A stretch of 64,000 bases of DNA from Candidatus Bathyarchaeia archaeon (GTDB lineage: Archaea > Thermoproteota > Bathyarchaeia > Bathyarchaeales > Bathycorpusculaceae), in NCBI GenBank assembly GCA_038882955.1, contig JAVZNC010000002.1, forward strand, positions 221,209 through 285,208. Reading direction: 5' to 3'. Shown piece after piece: positions 47,909-57,764 of the stretch. A program made the position numbers and the translations under genes. Positions within the stretch are counted from its first letter, which is position 1. Every line of letters starts with the position of its first letter. The notes below the pieces were generated by a model. The model did no database searches, was not told the origin of the DNA, and worked only from the letters and a program-made list of their open reading frames with translations.

Positions 47909-48511
47909 TTATCCTTTGCTTTTGTCGGAAGCTTTATACCATTCCGCAAACTTGCGTAAAGCCATTGCACGATGCGAAAACATGTTCTTCTCGGCTATAC
48001 TCATCTCAGCAAAAGTTTTGGCGCTGTTCAACGGTTTAAAGATGGGGTCAAAGCCAAAACCAGATTTATTTTCGCCTCTCCTCTCCTTTCTCGTTATTTC
48101 GCCCTCAACCTCCCCAACAAAGCATGTTGGGATAGCAAAATCTGAGGAGCAATAGGCAATTACTGAGCGGAATACCGCCTTTCTGTTTTCCAAATTCTCC
48201 ATTAAGCGAAGTAAACCCTTGTTGCCTATTGTCTTGTACACGTAGGAAGCGTAGGGTCCTGGGAAACCGTTTATGGCTTCTATGAACAATCCTGCGTCTT
48301 CTACGATTATTGGTAAACCGCATTTTTTATATGCGTCCAGGGCGCTTGTTTTTGCGATTTCTTCTAGGCTTTCGCTTTGAATTTCTAATGTTTTAACTTT
48401 CAGCATTCCAACTGCAATTTTGTGTTTTGCCAGTTCGATGCGTGCCTCGTTGAATTTGTTGATGTTGTTTGTTGCGAAGAATATTACTTTGCCCTTCAAT
48501 GGGAAACTCAT
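47909..48511 (-). CDS. rdgB: XTP/dITP diphosphatase (Ham1/RdgB)
   Basis: ATNNINKF, EDAGL, GFPGPY, GFGFDPIF, KNMFSHR. Confidence 0.93.
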   Translation of the reverse strand: MSFPLKGKVIFFATNNINKFNEARIELAKHKIAVGMLKVKTLEIQSESLEEIAKTSALDAYKKCGLPIIVEDAGLFIEAINGFPGPYASYVYKTIGNKGLLRLMENLENRKAVFRSVIAYCSSDFAIPTCFVGEVEGEITRKERRGENKSGFGFDPIFKPLNSAKTFAEMSIAEKNMFSHRAMALRKFAEWYKASDKSKG

Positions 48512-48918
48512 TGTTTCTCACGGCTTTTCTTAGCGCCTTCTGCAGCCACGCTAAAATATTTTTCCCAGTTCATCTGCACTATTTCTAGTATATTGCCGTC
48601 GGGGTCTGTAAAGCTTGCTTGTTTTCCACCCCAAGGTTCCTCATGCAATTCTTTAACGAATTTAACTCCTTTTTGTTTGAGCATCTCGCATGCTTCTTCA
48701 ATGTTGTTTACAAGAAATTCCACAGAAGGCGATGATTGACCCACTTTTTGTCCTTTTTCTAGTTTTGGAATCAAACCTATCTCGATTCCACCACACTCAA
48801 AGCCCACGTAGCTTGAATATTCATACTTCTTCTCTAAACCCAAAATCTTCTCATAAAATTCCTTTGCTGTCTTTAAATCTGAAACATAGAATGTTACACA
48901 CCAAACAGTCTTAATCAT
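48508..48918 (-). CDS. VOC/glyoxalase family protein
   Basis: YVSDL..AKEFY..ILGL, PWGG..ASFTDPDGNILE. Confidence 0.9.
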   Translation of the reverse strand: MIKTVWCVTFYVSDLKTAKEFYEKILGLEKKYEYSSYVGFECGGIEIGLIPKLEKGQKVGQSSPSVEFLVNNIEEACEMLKQKGVKFVKELHEEPWGGKQASFTDPDGNILEIVQMNWEKYFSVAAEGAKKSREKQ

Positions 48919-49580
48919 GCCTTTTTCTCTCTCCTTTCAGCGACATATCTCCCTCTTCTCTCTATCTCCCTAACCTTTTCTAAAACACTTTTCGTTTTTT
49001 CTTCGCCTAGAACTTTTGAGTATCCTTCTACTACAGCATTGAAACATTCTTCTGTGAAGTGAAAATGCGTACTCTGTAACGCTCTTTTCATAAGATGCAA
49101 GTCAACACCCATTGCTTCGAGCTCCATTGTTTTTTCGCCAAGTCCAAAATCCACAAAGTAAATTTTTCCTTCACGGTCTAGTATCATGTTTGAAGTTGTT
49201 AAATCTCCGTGAATTATGCCCTCTTCATGAAGCCTTCCAATTAATTCGCCAATTTTTACACAAATATTTTCTCTTTCGCCTCTTGTAATCTTGCTCAGCA
49301 ATTGTTTCACTTGTATTCCTTCTACGAACTCCATCGTTATTGCAGTTTCGCCCACATCAACCAGAAAAATTGTCGGCGTTGGAACTCCTGCCTTCTTAGC
49401 TTCACTAATCAATTGCGGCTCATGAATTGTTCTATACGTTCTGATTCGCTCATCAAGCTGTGCTGGGCGGTATTTTTTCGGTAAACGCTTTTTGATGATG
49501 GCCTTTCTTCCATGCCACCGCGTAAGGTAAAGGTTTGCCTCCGCTCCCTTCTTTATTAGGCTGAACTTCATTTCATCCAT
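48915..49580 (-). CDS. bud32: KEOPS kinase Bud32
   Basis: KGAEA, IHGDLTTSN, VDFGL, RRGRY. Confidence 0.95.
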   Translation of the reverse strand: MDEMKFSLIKKGAEANLYLTRWHGRKAIIKKRLPKKYRPAQLDERIRTYRTIHEPQLISEAKKAGVPTPTIFLVDVGETAITMEFVEGIQVKQLLSKITRGERENICVKIGELIGRLHEEGIIHGDLTTSNMILDREGKIYFVDFGLGEKTMELEAMGVDLHLMKRALQSTHFHFTEECFNAVVEGYSKVLGEEKTKSVLEKVREIERRGRYVAERREKKA

Positions 49581-50590
49581 GGAACATCAACTTCTTCAAG
49601 CCGCCACCTAAGTTTAACAAAGCTTTGTTCAATCGGCGTCGATACGCCATGCTTGTAGGCCAGCATGCCCGTCCAAGCTATCATTGCCCCATTGTCCACT
49701 GCGAACTCGCCTGGGACAACACAGAATCTTGCGTTGTGCTCCTCTGCAATGGCTCCAATCATGGATTGCAATCTCTTGTTTGCAGCCACTCCACCAGTTA
49801 ACAAAACCTCTTTTTTCTCTGTGTGCGCCAATGCCCTTTCAGTTATTTCTGTAACCATGGAGAAGGCCGTCTCTTGAAGGCTGTAACATAAATCCTCAAC
49901 CTCATACGCCTTGCTCTTTAGCAGATTTACTGTTGCAGTGAGCAAACCGCTGAAGGAGGCATCCATACCCTTAACGGTGTAAGGCAGGGGAACAAGCTTT
50001 TTCCCTTTCGCTGCAAGTTTCTCCACTACAGCGCCAAAGGGCATACCTGCCTTCTGTTTTAAACCAGCCTCTCTCGCAAAAACATCAATACAATTTCCAA
50101 GGGCTATGTCCAGAGTTTCTCCAAACACCCTATAACGTCCAGAATCAAAAGCCGCTACGATAGTGTTTCCTCCAGAAACATAAAGCGTAACCGGGTCTTT
50201 GGCGCCAGTTTTAAGCTTACCTATTTCGATGTGGGCTATGCAATGGTTAACCCCAACCAACGGAACCCGCAAATAGTGTGCTAGGGCTCTGGCTATTGTG
50301 GCGCCAGTTCTTAGGCATGGACCTAAACCTGGACCCTGTGAAAACGCGATGACAGATAAATCTTTTGCTTTTATTTCTGCCTTTTTTAGTGCTTCTTCCA
50401 GAACTTGGCTTGCTTTTTCTGCATGGTGCCTTGCTGCTTCGCGCGGGTGGATTCCTCCCTCTTCTGGTATGTATGCGCTTATGACGTTTGCTAGAATTTC
50501 GCCGTTTGATGTCGAGATTCCAACGCTGAAGTCGTCTGCTGTTGACTCTATTCCCAAACAGTACGTTTTTTCTGCGGCTTTTCTTTTCAT
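49568..50590 (-). CDS. kae1: KEOPS t6A synthase Kae1
   Basis: GIEST, GIHPRE, GPGLGPCL, NHCIAHIE, SGGNT, GETLD, GGVAAN, DNGAMIA. Confidence 0.96.
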   Translation of the reverse strand: MKRKAAEKTYCLGIESTADDFSVGISTSNGEILANVISAYIPEEGGIHPREAARHHAEKASQVLEEALKKAEIKAKDLSVIAFSQGPGLGPCLRTGATIARALAHYLRVPLVGVNHCIAHIEIGKLKTGAKDPVTLYVSGGNTIVAAFDSGRYRVFGETLDIALGNCIDVFAREAGLKQKAGMPFGAVVEKLAAKGKKLVPLPYTVKGMDASFSGLLTATVNLLKSKAYEVEDLCYSLQETAFSMVTEITERALAHTEKKEVLLTGGVAANKRLQSMIGAIAEEHNARFCVVPGEFAVDNGAMIAWTGMLAYKHGVSTPIEQSFVKLRWRLEEVDVPWMK

Positions 50591-50692
50591 TTCAATCCTC
50601 TGTAATGTTTCTTTTCAAGGAGGGTGTTAGGCATACACTTTTTATTTAAAATGTTTCATATATTATTAGATGGTGAGGCTGAACAGCTAGAA

Positions 50693-51070
50693 ATGGCAAA
50701 ACATAATGATTTAGAACAGAGGGCTCTCCAATACATAATACGCATGGGCGCTGATGGTGTCCTTCAGTCAGATTTATGGCGTAAATTGGGCGCAAGCAGC
50801 AGGGAAGGCTCTAGAATAGCCTTAAAACTTGAGAGTAGGGGTCTAATAAGGCGAGAAAAGGAGCTCCGCGATGGACGGTGGACTTATAGGCTTTTTCCAA
50901 AAAGGCTTCCAGCATCAATAGATTCAATAGCAGACTGCCCATGCCTAATGTGCCCAGATGCTTCAAGATGCGACCCGGCAAGCACTATTTCCCCGCAGAC
51001 ATGCGAGAGACTTACGCAGTGGCTTATTTCAATCTCTAAGACTGAGCCTACACTTTTGGGTGATAGCTAG
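50693..51070 (+). CDS. TFE-beta / RPC34-like factor (wHTH + Fe-S domain)
   Basis: wHTH followed by PCLMCP....C.....ISPQTC..L..W, the RPC34/TFE-beta cluster motif. Confidence 0.8.
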   Translation: MAKHNDLEQRALQYIIRMGADGVLQSDLWRKLGASSREGSRIALKLESRGLIRREKELRDGRWTYRLFPKRLPASIDSIADCPCLMCPDASRCDPASTISPQTCERLTQWLISISKTEPTLLGDS

Positions 51071-51072
51071 TT

Positions 51073-51690
51073 TTGCCTAAGGCTTGGATTCAGGAAAGGA
51101 GAAAGGATTACTACTACAAGAAGGCTAAGGAAGAGCTATATCGTTCAAGGGCAGCCTACAAGCTTTTGCAAGCAGTGGAAAAATATCGTTTCATTAGAAA
51201 CGGTGATGTTGTCGTTGATTTGGGCGCGGCTCCAGGCGGTTGGCTTCAAGCTGCAAGAAAGATTGTTGGAAAGAGGGGTTTTGTTTTAGGCGTTGACATT
51301 AAGTGTATAGAGCCTTTTCCAGAAGATAATGTTCGCACAATTATAAGCGACATAACCGAACAAGAAACGGTTGAGCAGATTTTGAGCATGCTTCCACGTA
51401 AGGCTGACGTCATAATATCAGACGCTTCTCCAAACATTTCTGGAGTCTGGGAGGTTGACCATGCGCGGCAAATAGACTTGGCGCAACATGCCCTAGAAAT
51501 AGCAATGGAAATCCTAAAGCCTTCTGGAAACTTTTTTGTTAAGGTTTTTCAAGGTGATATGCTCGACGACTTTATCAAGAAAGTTGAAGGACATTTTGAG
51601 CTTATACGTGTTATAAAGCCAAAGGCGAGCAGAGCCAAAAGTTCAGAGATATTCATTTTGGGATTACACCTAAAGAAACCCGCAAATTAA
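51073..51690 (+). CDS. rlmE: 23S rRNA 2'-O-methyltransferase RlmE/FtsJ
   Basis: YRSRAAYKL, DLGAAPGGW, SDASPN, KVFQG, KPKASR..SSE. Confidence 0.95.
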   Translation: MPKAWIQERRKDYYYKKAKEELYRSRAAYKLLQAVEKYRFIRNGDVVVDLGAAPGGWLQAARKIVGKRGFVLGVDIKCIEPFPEDNVRTIISDITEQETVEQILSMLPRKADVIISDASPNISGVWEVDHARQIDLAQHALEIAMEILKPSGNFFVKVFQGDMLDDFIKKVEGHFELIRVIKPKASRAKSSEIFILGLHLKKPAN

Positions 51691-51740
51691 CATCAAAGAT
51701 TAAATCCTTTAAGTATTATCTGTATACTAGGTGGAACTAT

Positions 51741-52433
51741 TTGCGAATTATTGCGGCAGACTCCTCCTCCGCCATACTGAACAGCAAATTTGAGCCCATC
51801 TATATTGTTGCGACGGCAGCGGTTGCCGTTGATCCACCATACAGAGAACCAACATTTAGCATAGCTGAACCAATTTTTGCGGATGCCAAAAACGGGCGTG
51901 AAGTAATAATTCGAGAGGCAGAACTCTGCAAGGAACTGTTGGGCAAAGTGAAAGCAGACGTCGTGCATCTTGACATGTCTTTGGGTGCAGTTTCTCTTGA
52001 ACAGCTTTCTCCAATCCAGTTTTCAGACATAAAAATTTCAAACAAGGCTAGAAGAAACCTTCTGAAGATTTTTCCAAGGATAAGGAGGGTTGCTGGCGAA
52101 ATCACCCAAAAATATGGTGTTGATGTCCTAGCCATTGGAAAAGAGAGCATACCAGTAAGAATAGCGGAGCTAACATCTGGAGCCCACGCAATTTTGTATG
52201 TGTGTGAGAAAGCATTAAAGGAGGATAAAGAATTTCTCTTGGGTTTGCCATCAAAATGTCAGCACAGAATCGCTGGAGGAAGGATTTACCTTTATTCTTT
52301 AATGCTTGCCGAACATGATGTCAGAGGGTACGCAGAAGATGGGAAAGAAGTTTTAAAAAAAGTTAATATCACTGAAATGTTAAATCCAGTTGCAAGAGGC
52401 TTCAGGATAATAAAAATAGCTAAAAAGGATTAG
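51741..52433 (+). CDS. Conserved archaeal protein (DUF4152-like)
   Basis: MRIIAADS..AIL, DVVHLD, AIGKESIPVRIAEL, NP..RGF. Confidence 0.65.
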   Translation: MRIIAADSSSAILNSKFEPIYIVATAAVAVDPPYREPTFSIAEPIFADAKNGREVIIREAELCKELLGKVKADVVHLDMSLGAVSLEQLSPIQFSDIKISNKARRNLLKIFPRIRRVAGEITQKYGVDVLAIGKESIPVRIAELTSGAHAILYVCEKALKEDKEFLLGLPSKCQHRIAGGRIYLYSLMLAEHDVRGYAEDGKEVLKKVNITEMLNPVARGFRIIKIAKKD

Positions 52434-52434
52434 A

Positions 52435-53112
52435 ATGGACAGCGAAATGGTTAAAGAAACGCAAGAAATATCGCCAGGCGCGGCTGTTCTAGCAGTGGTT
52501 GCCAGCTTCTTACTTACTTTGTTTTTGGGCTTTTTCATCATCATCTGGTTTGGCGAGGGACTTTTTATGGTGCTCGGCGAGTTGCTTATAGCGGCTGTTC
52601 CGTTTTGTTATATGATTTACAAGGGAGTTGACATTAAAGAGTACATAGGACTTGAAATAAATTTTAAGACTCTCACGTTGGGCATTGCGGTCGGTGCTCT
52701 TCTGCTTTTATTCGACATTTTCATCAGCAATGTGCTAATAACGTTACTTGGTCCTAGTGAAGCTGTTGAAGAAAGCAATAGGCGAGTGGTTGAAATGAGC
52801 AGTTCTGTGGAAGGATTAGTTTTGATTGTTGCGACTTTAACGTTGGCTGGAATATGCGAAGAATTCACTTTTAGGGGTTTTCTGCAAAATGCCATAGGCA
52901 ATAGATATTCTTCTAGCATAGCCATACTTGCATCTTCTTTGGCCTTTGGTCTTGTACACTTTGACCCACAGATGGTTTACACAATTTCTGCTTTTCTTCT
53001 AGGTTTGGTTTTGGGGTACGTTTATCATAGGTGGCGTTCATATACAATATCAGCCACGGCTCATGCAACATTGAACCTTATGGTCTTGGCTTTGGCAATT
53101 CTCTTGCCTTGA
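52435..53112 (+). CDS. CPBP (CAAX/Abi) intramembrane metalloprotease
   Basis: EEFTFRG, FGLVH, AHATLN. Confidence 0.92.
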   Translation: MDSEMVKETQEISPGAAVLAVVASFLLTLFLGFFIIIWFGEGLFMVLGELLIAAVPFCYMIYKGVDIKEYIGLEINFKTLTLGIAVGALLLLFDIFISNVLITLLGPSEAVEESNRRVVEMSSSVEGLVLIVATLTLAGICEEFTFRGFLQNAIGNRYSSSIAILASSLAFGLVHFDPQMVYTISAFLLGLVLGYVYHRWRSYTISATAHATLNLMVLALAILLP

Positions 53113-53115
53113 ACA

Positions 53116-53970
53116 TTATTTTACGATTTCTAGGCTTATGTCCAAAGTTTTTGGGCTTGCTGTTATTTCGCCTAGACTTACAATGTCAACGCCAGTTGAA
53201 GCGAATTCCATGAAGTTTTTTGTTGTTATTCCGCCGCTTGCCTCCAAAAGAACTTTTCCATAAAAACCTTCTTTCTTTAGAATTTCTATTGCTTTCCTTA
53301 TTTTTTCTGGGGTGAAATTGTCCAGCATGACTATGTCTGCTCCAGCTTTTACAGCAGTTAAAACATCTGAAGTCTTTGAGACTTCAACTTCAATTCTTTT
53401 GCTGAAGGAAACCCGTTTTCTTGCTTCTGTTACAGCCTCCTTAATGCCACCAGCCACTGCTATATGATTATCCTTTATCAAAACCATGTCGTCCAAATGA
53501 AGCCTATGCGTGTCTCCGCCGCCTATCCAAACCGCCTTCTTATCGAAGTATAGCAGTCCAGGTGCTGTCTTTCGTGTACAGGCAATTTTCGTTTTGAGTT
53601 TCGCCTTCCTTACTTCTTCAACGAGTCTTCGTGTTGTCGTTGCGATGCCACTCATCCTTGAAAGGATGTTTAGTACTGTGCGTTCAGCCGTTAATACTGT
53701 CCGTGCATTACCAAAAATTTTCATTAAAACTTGTCCAGTCTTCACGTGTGCTCCATCAGCAACTAAAGCTTCAACTTTGAGACCAAAGCTTTCTAAAAAA
53801 GTCTTTGCCTCTTCAACTCCAGCGGCAACACCGCTTTCTTTCATGATTACTTGTGCTTCAACGGTCTTTTCTGGTGGGACTATTAGCGCAGTTGTTATGT
53901 CTCCTTGTCCTACATCTTCGGCTAATATCTTTTGAAGTTTTTCTTCCAAAATTTTGCGTGGAAGGAACAT
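53116..53970 (-). CDS. nadC: Quinolinate phosphoribosyltransferase
   Basis: EDVGQGDIT, TRKTAPG, HRLHLDD..LIKDNH, EVEV, MLDN, EASGGI. Confidence 0.95.
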   Translation of the reverse strand: MFLPRKILEEKLQKILAEDVGQGDITTALIVPPEKTVEAQVIMKESGVAAGVEEAKTFLESFGLKVEALVADGAHVKTGQVLMKIFGNARTVLTAERTVLNILSRMSGIATTTRRLVEEVRKAKLKTKIACTRKTAPGLLYFDKKAVWIGGGDTHRLHLDDMVLIKDNHIAVAGGIKEAVTEARKRVSFSKRIEVEVSKTSDVLTAVKAGADIVMLDNFTPEKIRKAIEILKKEGFYGKVLLEASGGITTKNFMEFASTGVDIVSLGEITASPKTLDISLEIVK

Positions 53971-53993
53971 ACTTCTAAACTTTGCATTTTCGC

Positions 53994-55178
53994 TTAAAAT
54001 ACTTGCTTTTCACCAGCCACTTCAGCTATTATTTTTACGGCGTTTTCTAACCCATTGTATTTTGCGGCTTCCTTTTGTATTTCCATTAATCGCCTCGGAG
54101 TTTCGCTCTCCAAAATTTTTTCAACACCTTTTAGTAGCCTTTCCCTGTTTAGTTTTTCTTGTTGAATGATTTCTGCAGCGCCAATTTTTTCAGCTTGTCT
54201 AGCGTTAATGATTTGTTCCGTGTGGTTTGGTGTTGGCACAAGTATCATTGGCTTTCCATAGCATACGCATTGGGTTAAAGTGCCATGTCCAGCGCGGCTA
54301 ATCACCAAGTCGCATGTTTTCAGGTATTCAAAGCGGTTTGGAATCCATTTGTATATTGTTAGGTTGCCATAATGCATTGGTTTATCGTCAGCGTTGGGAT
54401 AGCCCAATGACATAACTATTTTATAATCTTCTGGGAATTCACGCAAAATTTTCCTTAAAATCCCGATTAGGTATGCTCTTTCCCTAATTGGACCACTTAT
54501 TGGGACAAAGATTACTGGTTTGTCTGTCGGCAGTTTTAACTTTTTCCGCAGTTCCTCCTTTGATGGCAGTTCATTTGGGTTTACCGGTAGAATTGGTCCT
54601 ATAAGCTTCACCTTCTTTCTATAAAATTTTGGAATGTTTAGATTTCCAGCGCATATTGTGTACGGTTGTGGAAAGTCTGGTATCAAAACGTATTTCCCGC
54701 TTGTCCAAATCTTTCCAATGAGCGTTAATGTTATGGAATCTGCGAACTTTGCCAGACGCAAGAAGCGTTTTCTTCTGGGAATTATTACTTGAAACTGGTT
54801 TAGGATGCATATTCTGGGGATTCCCAAAATTTTTGCTGCAATTAACGGCGAAACACGTGAATCAGAAACGACAACATTGGGCTTGAAGCGTTCAATAGCC
54901 CTTATCTCCGCGTTAATCTGTTCCAGAAGAGTGAAAGAAGCCAAAAACGGTCCAGGGTTGATTGCTGTTTGCTTGAAATCTATTGTTCCGTCTGGCTTGA
55001 CCTTAAAGCCTATTGTAGGCGCCTTTATCAACGGTAATTTTTCTTTTTCGATGTGACTTACGCCTTCACCGTATGTGGAAAACACTATTTTCGCATTTTT
55101 TTGGAGCTTTCTTGCTATTGGCGTGCATCTTCCAACATGACCTAAACCAATGCCGCATGGTGCAAAGTAAACTTTCAT
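53994..55178 (-). CDS. GT-B glycosyltransferase (GT28/MurG-like)
   Basis: CGIGLGHVGR, ISRAGHGT, VPTPNHTEQIINA; start taken at MKVYF. Confidence 0.85.
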   Translation of the reverse strand: MKVYFAPCGIGLGHVGRCTPIARKLQKNAKIVFSTYGEGVSHIEKEKLPLIKAPTIGFKVKPDGTIDFKQTAINPGPFLASFTLLEQINAEIRAIERFKPNVVVSDSRVSPLIAAKILGIPRICILNQFQVIIPRRKRFLRLAKFADSITLTLIGKIWTSGKYVLIPDFPQPYTICAGNLNIPKFYRKKVKLIGPILPVNPNELPSKEELRKKLKLPTDKPVIFVPISGPIRERAYLIGILRKILREFPEDYKIVMSLGYPNADDKPMHYGNLTIYKWIPNRFEYLKTCDLVISRAGHGTLTQCVCYGKPMILVPTPNHTEQIINARQAEKIGAAEIIQQEKLNRERLLKGVEKILESETPRRLMEIQKEAAKYNGLENAVKIIAEVAGEKQVF

Positions 55179-55182
55179 GTGG

Positions 55183-55809
55183 CTATTTCCCGCCGAGGGA
55201 TTTGCGCTTAACTTCGCCTTTTGGTTTTTCCTCTTCAAAAATTATGGCTTGGAACTTGTAGATTTTTGTGTCTTTTAAGAGCCAGGCGTCTGGCGGTAGC
55301 CCCGCTTTTATGCAGCATTGGCATAGGAATTCTTCTTCGTCCCATCCCCATTCAACTGGAACTTGGGGCAAAAGTAAGCCTTTGAATATGCCCCTTTCAA
55401 CTATTAAGCCGTCTTCTCCGACTTTGATTTTGTTTGGATAATCGCTTGTCTTTTCAACGCTTATTAGCTGTGGTGGTGTAAGCACGCTTACTTCAAATAC
55501 AACTTTGTCAAGTTCGTTCGGCGAGAGCGGGTAAAAGCGTGGGTCTTGTGTTGCGGAGCTTATTGCAGAATCAATTACAGCCTCAACAAGTGGTGTTGTG
55601 GGGTATGGGTATCCTATGCAGCCCCTTAATTCCTTTTCTTTGTTTGTAAGGACGTTTATTGTGACGAATACGCCGCATGGTTGCCGAAGCTTTTCTGGAA
55701 TGTTTTCTGGCGCTTTCGTTTTGCGTCTTGTTTTTAGGTATTCTTCTACTGCCCCGCGTGCAAGTTTCACTAACAATTTGCCTTCTTCTGTGTTTAGTTC
55801 AAATGGCAA
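55183..55809 (-). CDS. AMMECR1-domain protein
   Basis: GVFVT, LRGCIG, DPRF, EVSVL, GLLLPQV, KAGL. Confidence 0.92.
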   Translation of the reverse strand: MPFELNTEEGKLLVKLARGAVEEYLKTRRKTKAPENIPEKLRQPCGVFVTINVLTNKEKELRGCIGYPYPTTPLVEAVIDSAISSATQDPRFYPLSPNELDKVVFEVSVLTPPQLISVEKTSDYPNKIKVGEDGLIVERGIFKGLLLPQVPVEWGWDEEEFLCQCCIKAGLPPDAWLLKDTKIYKFQAIIFEEEKPKGEVKRKSLGGK

Positions 55810-55872
55810 TTTTCCTCTCCACTGAAGACCGCGAATCCTAAATGTTTCAGTAAGCCTTCTAGGCTATTAAGG

Positions 55873-56493
55873 TTAAAACTTTATCGATTCTTCCTTTATT
55901 CCATCTTTTGATATTAAAAGGAAGTCTATTCCGTCGCCGCTCATCACGTCTCTGCTTATGGCTGATTTTATTGCCCTAACAACAAGCTCCTTTGCTTCTT
56001 CCAATGGCATGTCCTCTTTGTAGCCATCCTCAATCACGCCCATAGCTATCTCCGTTCCAGACCCCACAACAGCGTACTTTTCAGATATAAGTGAACCGAG
56101 AACGTCGAGAACGTATATGGAAGCGCCTTCCTCATCTATCCCGCCTACAATTGTTTGTGTTATTAGTGGTGCTCTCCTCTGTTCAAAAAGCACATTTGAA
56201 ACTAGTTTCGCCGCAGACCTTACGGAAATTGGTCTTCCAGTTTCTAGGGCAAATAGATTTGCGAAGGCTTCAACTTCCCTAACAAGAATCTGCATGTCCG
56301 AGACTAGTCCCGCGCAGGCAGCGCCTATGCGATCTGTTATTTTGAAAACCTTTTTTCCTCCCTTGCTGACTACTAAGGTGCCGTAGGAGACGCGCTTTTC
56401 AGAAGCGAGTATGACGCCGTCTCTGCATATGACTCCAACCGTTGTTGCGCCTGGAATCCATAGGTATTCGTTTCGCTGTGATTGTTCTTCCAT
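55873..56493 (-). CDS. psmB: Proteasome beta subunit (Ala at the Thr1 position)
   Basis: PGATTVGV, ASEKR, AGLVSDMQ, VGSG, RDVMSGDG. Confidence 0.93.
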   Translation of the reverse strand: MEEQSQRNEYLWIPGATTVGVICRDGVILASEKRVSYGTLVVSKGGKKVFKITDRIGAACAGLVSDMQILVREVEAFANLFALETGRPISVRSAAKLVSNVLFEQRRAPLITQTIVGGIDEEGASIYVLDVLGSLISEKYAVVGSGTEIAMGVIEDGYKEDMPLEEAKELVVRAIKSAISRDVMSGDGIDFLLISKDGIKEESIKF

Positions 56494-56598
56494 AGGTTGT
56501 TCACCTTTTTCATGAATATAATCGGGGCAACCTATTAAACTTTAAGTTGCGGAAAACGTTATATTAGGTTGTTTTTTCCACTTTTTTGGGAGGAAGGG

Positions 56599-57756
56599 AT
56601 GATGGGGGCTAGGAGTCTTGGGCGTCTAAGCGTGTGTGCCGTCGAGATTGAGGAGTTTTGCGGTGACGAGCTGGTTGCCAGGTTTTTGGCTAAGTATTCT
56701 GTTCACGCGAAGCGAGACTATTCGAGGGTGCTGTGCCTCTTTTTCAAGTGGCTCAAGGCGAGGGGGTTGGAGCTTTCGCCTCGAGAGCTTTTGAACACGC
56801 ATTTTAGGAAGCTTTCAAGCCAGGACGTTTTGGAGAGGCAGTGGGCTAGCCACTTGGTGGCGGACTTTTTAAACAGCGACTTGTTTGAGGGGAAAAGCTC
56901 CAGCTACAAGGCTTTGGCTTTCACGGCGATAAAGTCCCTCTTCAACTTTTACGATGCACCCTTGACTTTGGCAAGGAATCCCTTGGCGATTAAGGTTAGA
57001 AGGAAACACAAGCCGAAGCAAATCAGCCTCTACGAGGCGAAGCACGTGCTGGGCGTTTTGAGACAGCGGGAGAAAACCATCTGCCTCATAATGCTACAAA
57101 GCGGAATGAGCATCGGCGACGTGCTTAACAAGTTCAATTTCATGCTGGACTATGTGAAGCGCGAAATCGCCATGGGCAAAGAGCGCATCCGCATAGACCT
57201 GGAGGACCGAAAGGGCAACGGGTTCAGCTACTTCACCTTCATCAGCCGCGACGCCATCCACGAACTCAAAAAGTGGCTGATGATTCGCGACCAGTGGGCT
57301 AAAAAGATAGGCGAAAAAAGGGTGGCAAAAGCCATATTCATAAAGAAAAACGGAAAAACCCTTACAACAAAGTCCTTCCTAGAGAAGCTCTACCACACCC
57401 TCAGACACCACAAACTCAAAAGCGGACCGTTCGACGTCACCAGCCACATGTTCCGCAAGCTTTTCAAGACTGAAAGCAGACCGCCCGAACGCAACATAGA
57501 CCAGGACTGCATAGAGTTTATGATGGGACACAAGAGTAGCTTGGACGGGGTCGGCGGACCCTACGACCGCACACCAGAGCTCTACGACAAAGTTATCGAA
57601 CGCGAATACGCCAAGCTTGAGCCCTACATAAACATCTTCACAGGCAAACAAGCCCAGGACGACGTGAAAGAGCAAGTTTGGCGGCTCTTGACAAGACCAG
57701 ACGTTCTGAAATGGCTAGAGAGGAAAGCAAAAGAAGACGGAATAGTTGTCGAATAG
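56599..57756 (+). CDS. Tyrosine recombinase/integrase
   Basis: SGMSIGDVL (box I with Ser at the Arg position), SHMFRKLF (HxxR), FMMGH, downstream Tyr. Confidence 0.88.
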   Translation: MMGARSLGRLSVCAVEIEEFCGDELVARFLAKYSVHAKRDYSRVLCLFFKWLKARGLELSPRELLNTHFRKLSSQDVLERQWASHLVADFLNSDLFEGKSSSYKALAFTAIKSLFNFYDAPLTLARNPLAIKVRRKHKPKQISLYEAKHVLGVLRQREKTICLIMLQSGMSIGDVLNKFNFMLDYVKREIAMGKERIRIDLEDRKGNGFSYFTFISRDAIHELKKWLMIRDQWAKKIGEKRVAKAIFIKKNGKTLTTKSFLEKLYHTLRHHKLKSGPFDVTSHMFRKLFKTESRPPERNIDQDCIEFMMGHKSSLDGVGGPYDRTPELYDKVIEREYAKLEPYINIFTGKQAQDDVKEQVWRLLTRPDVLKWLERKAKEDGIVVE

Positions 57757-57764
57757 CACCCGTA

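Noticed and set aside
43315-50590. kae1-bud32-rdgB-rps15-recJ-pcc1-serS-rps3ae cluster as a novel system
   Set aside because: This is a well-known conserved archaeal gene neighbourhood.
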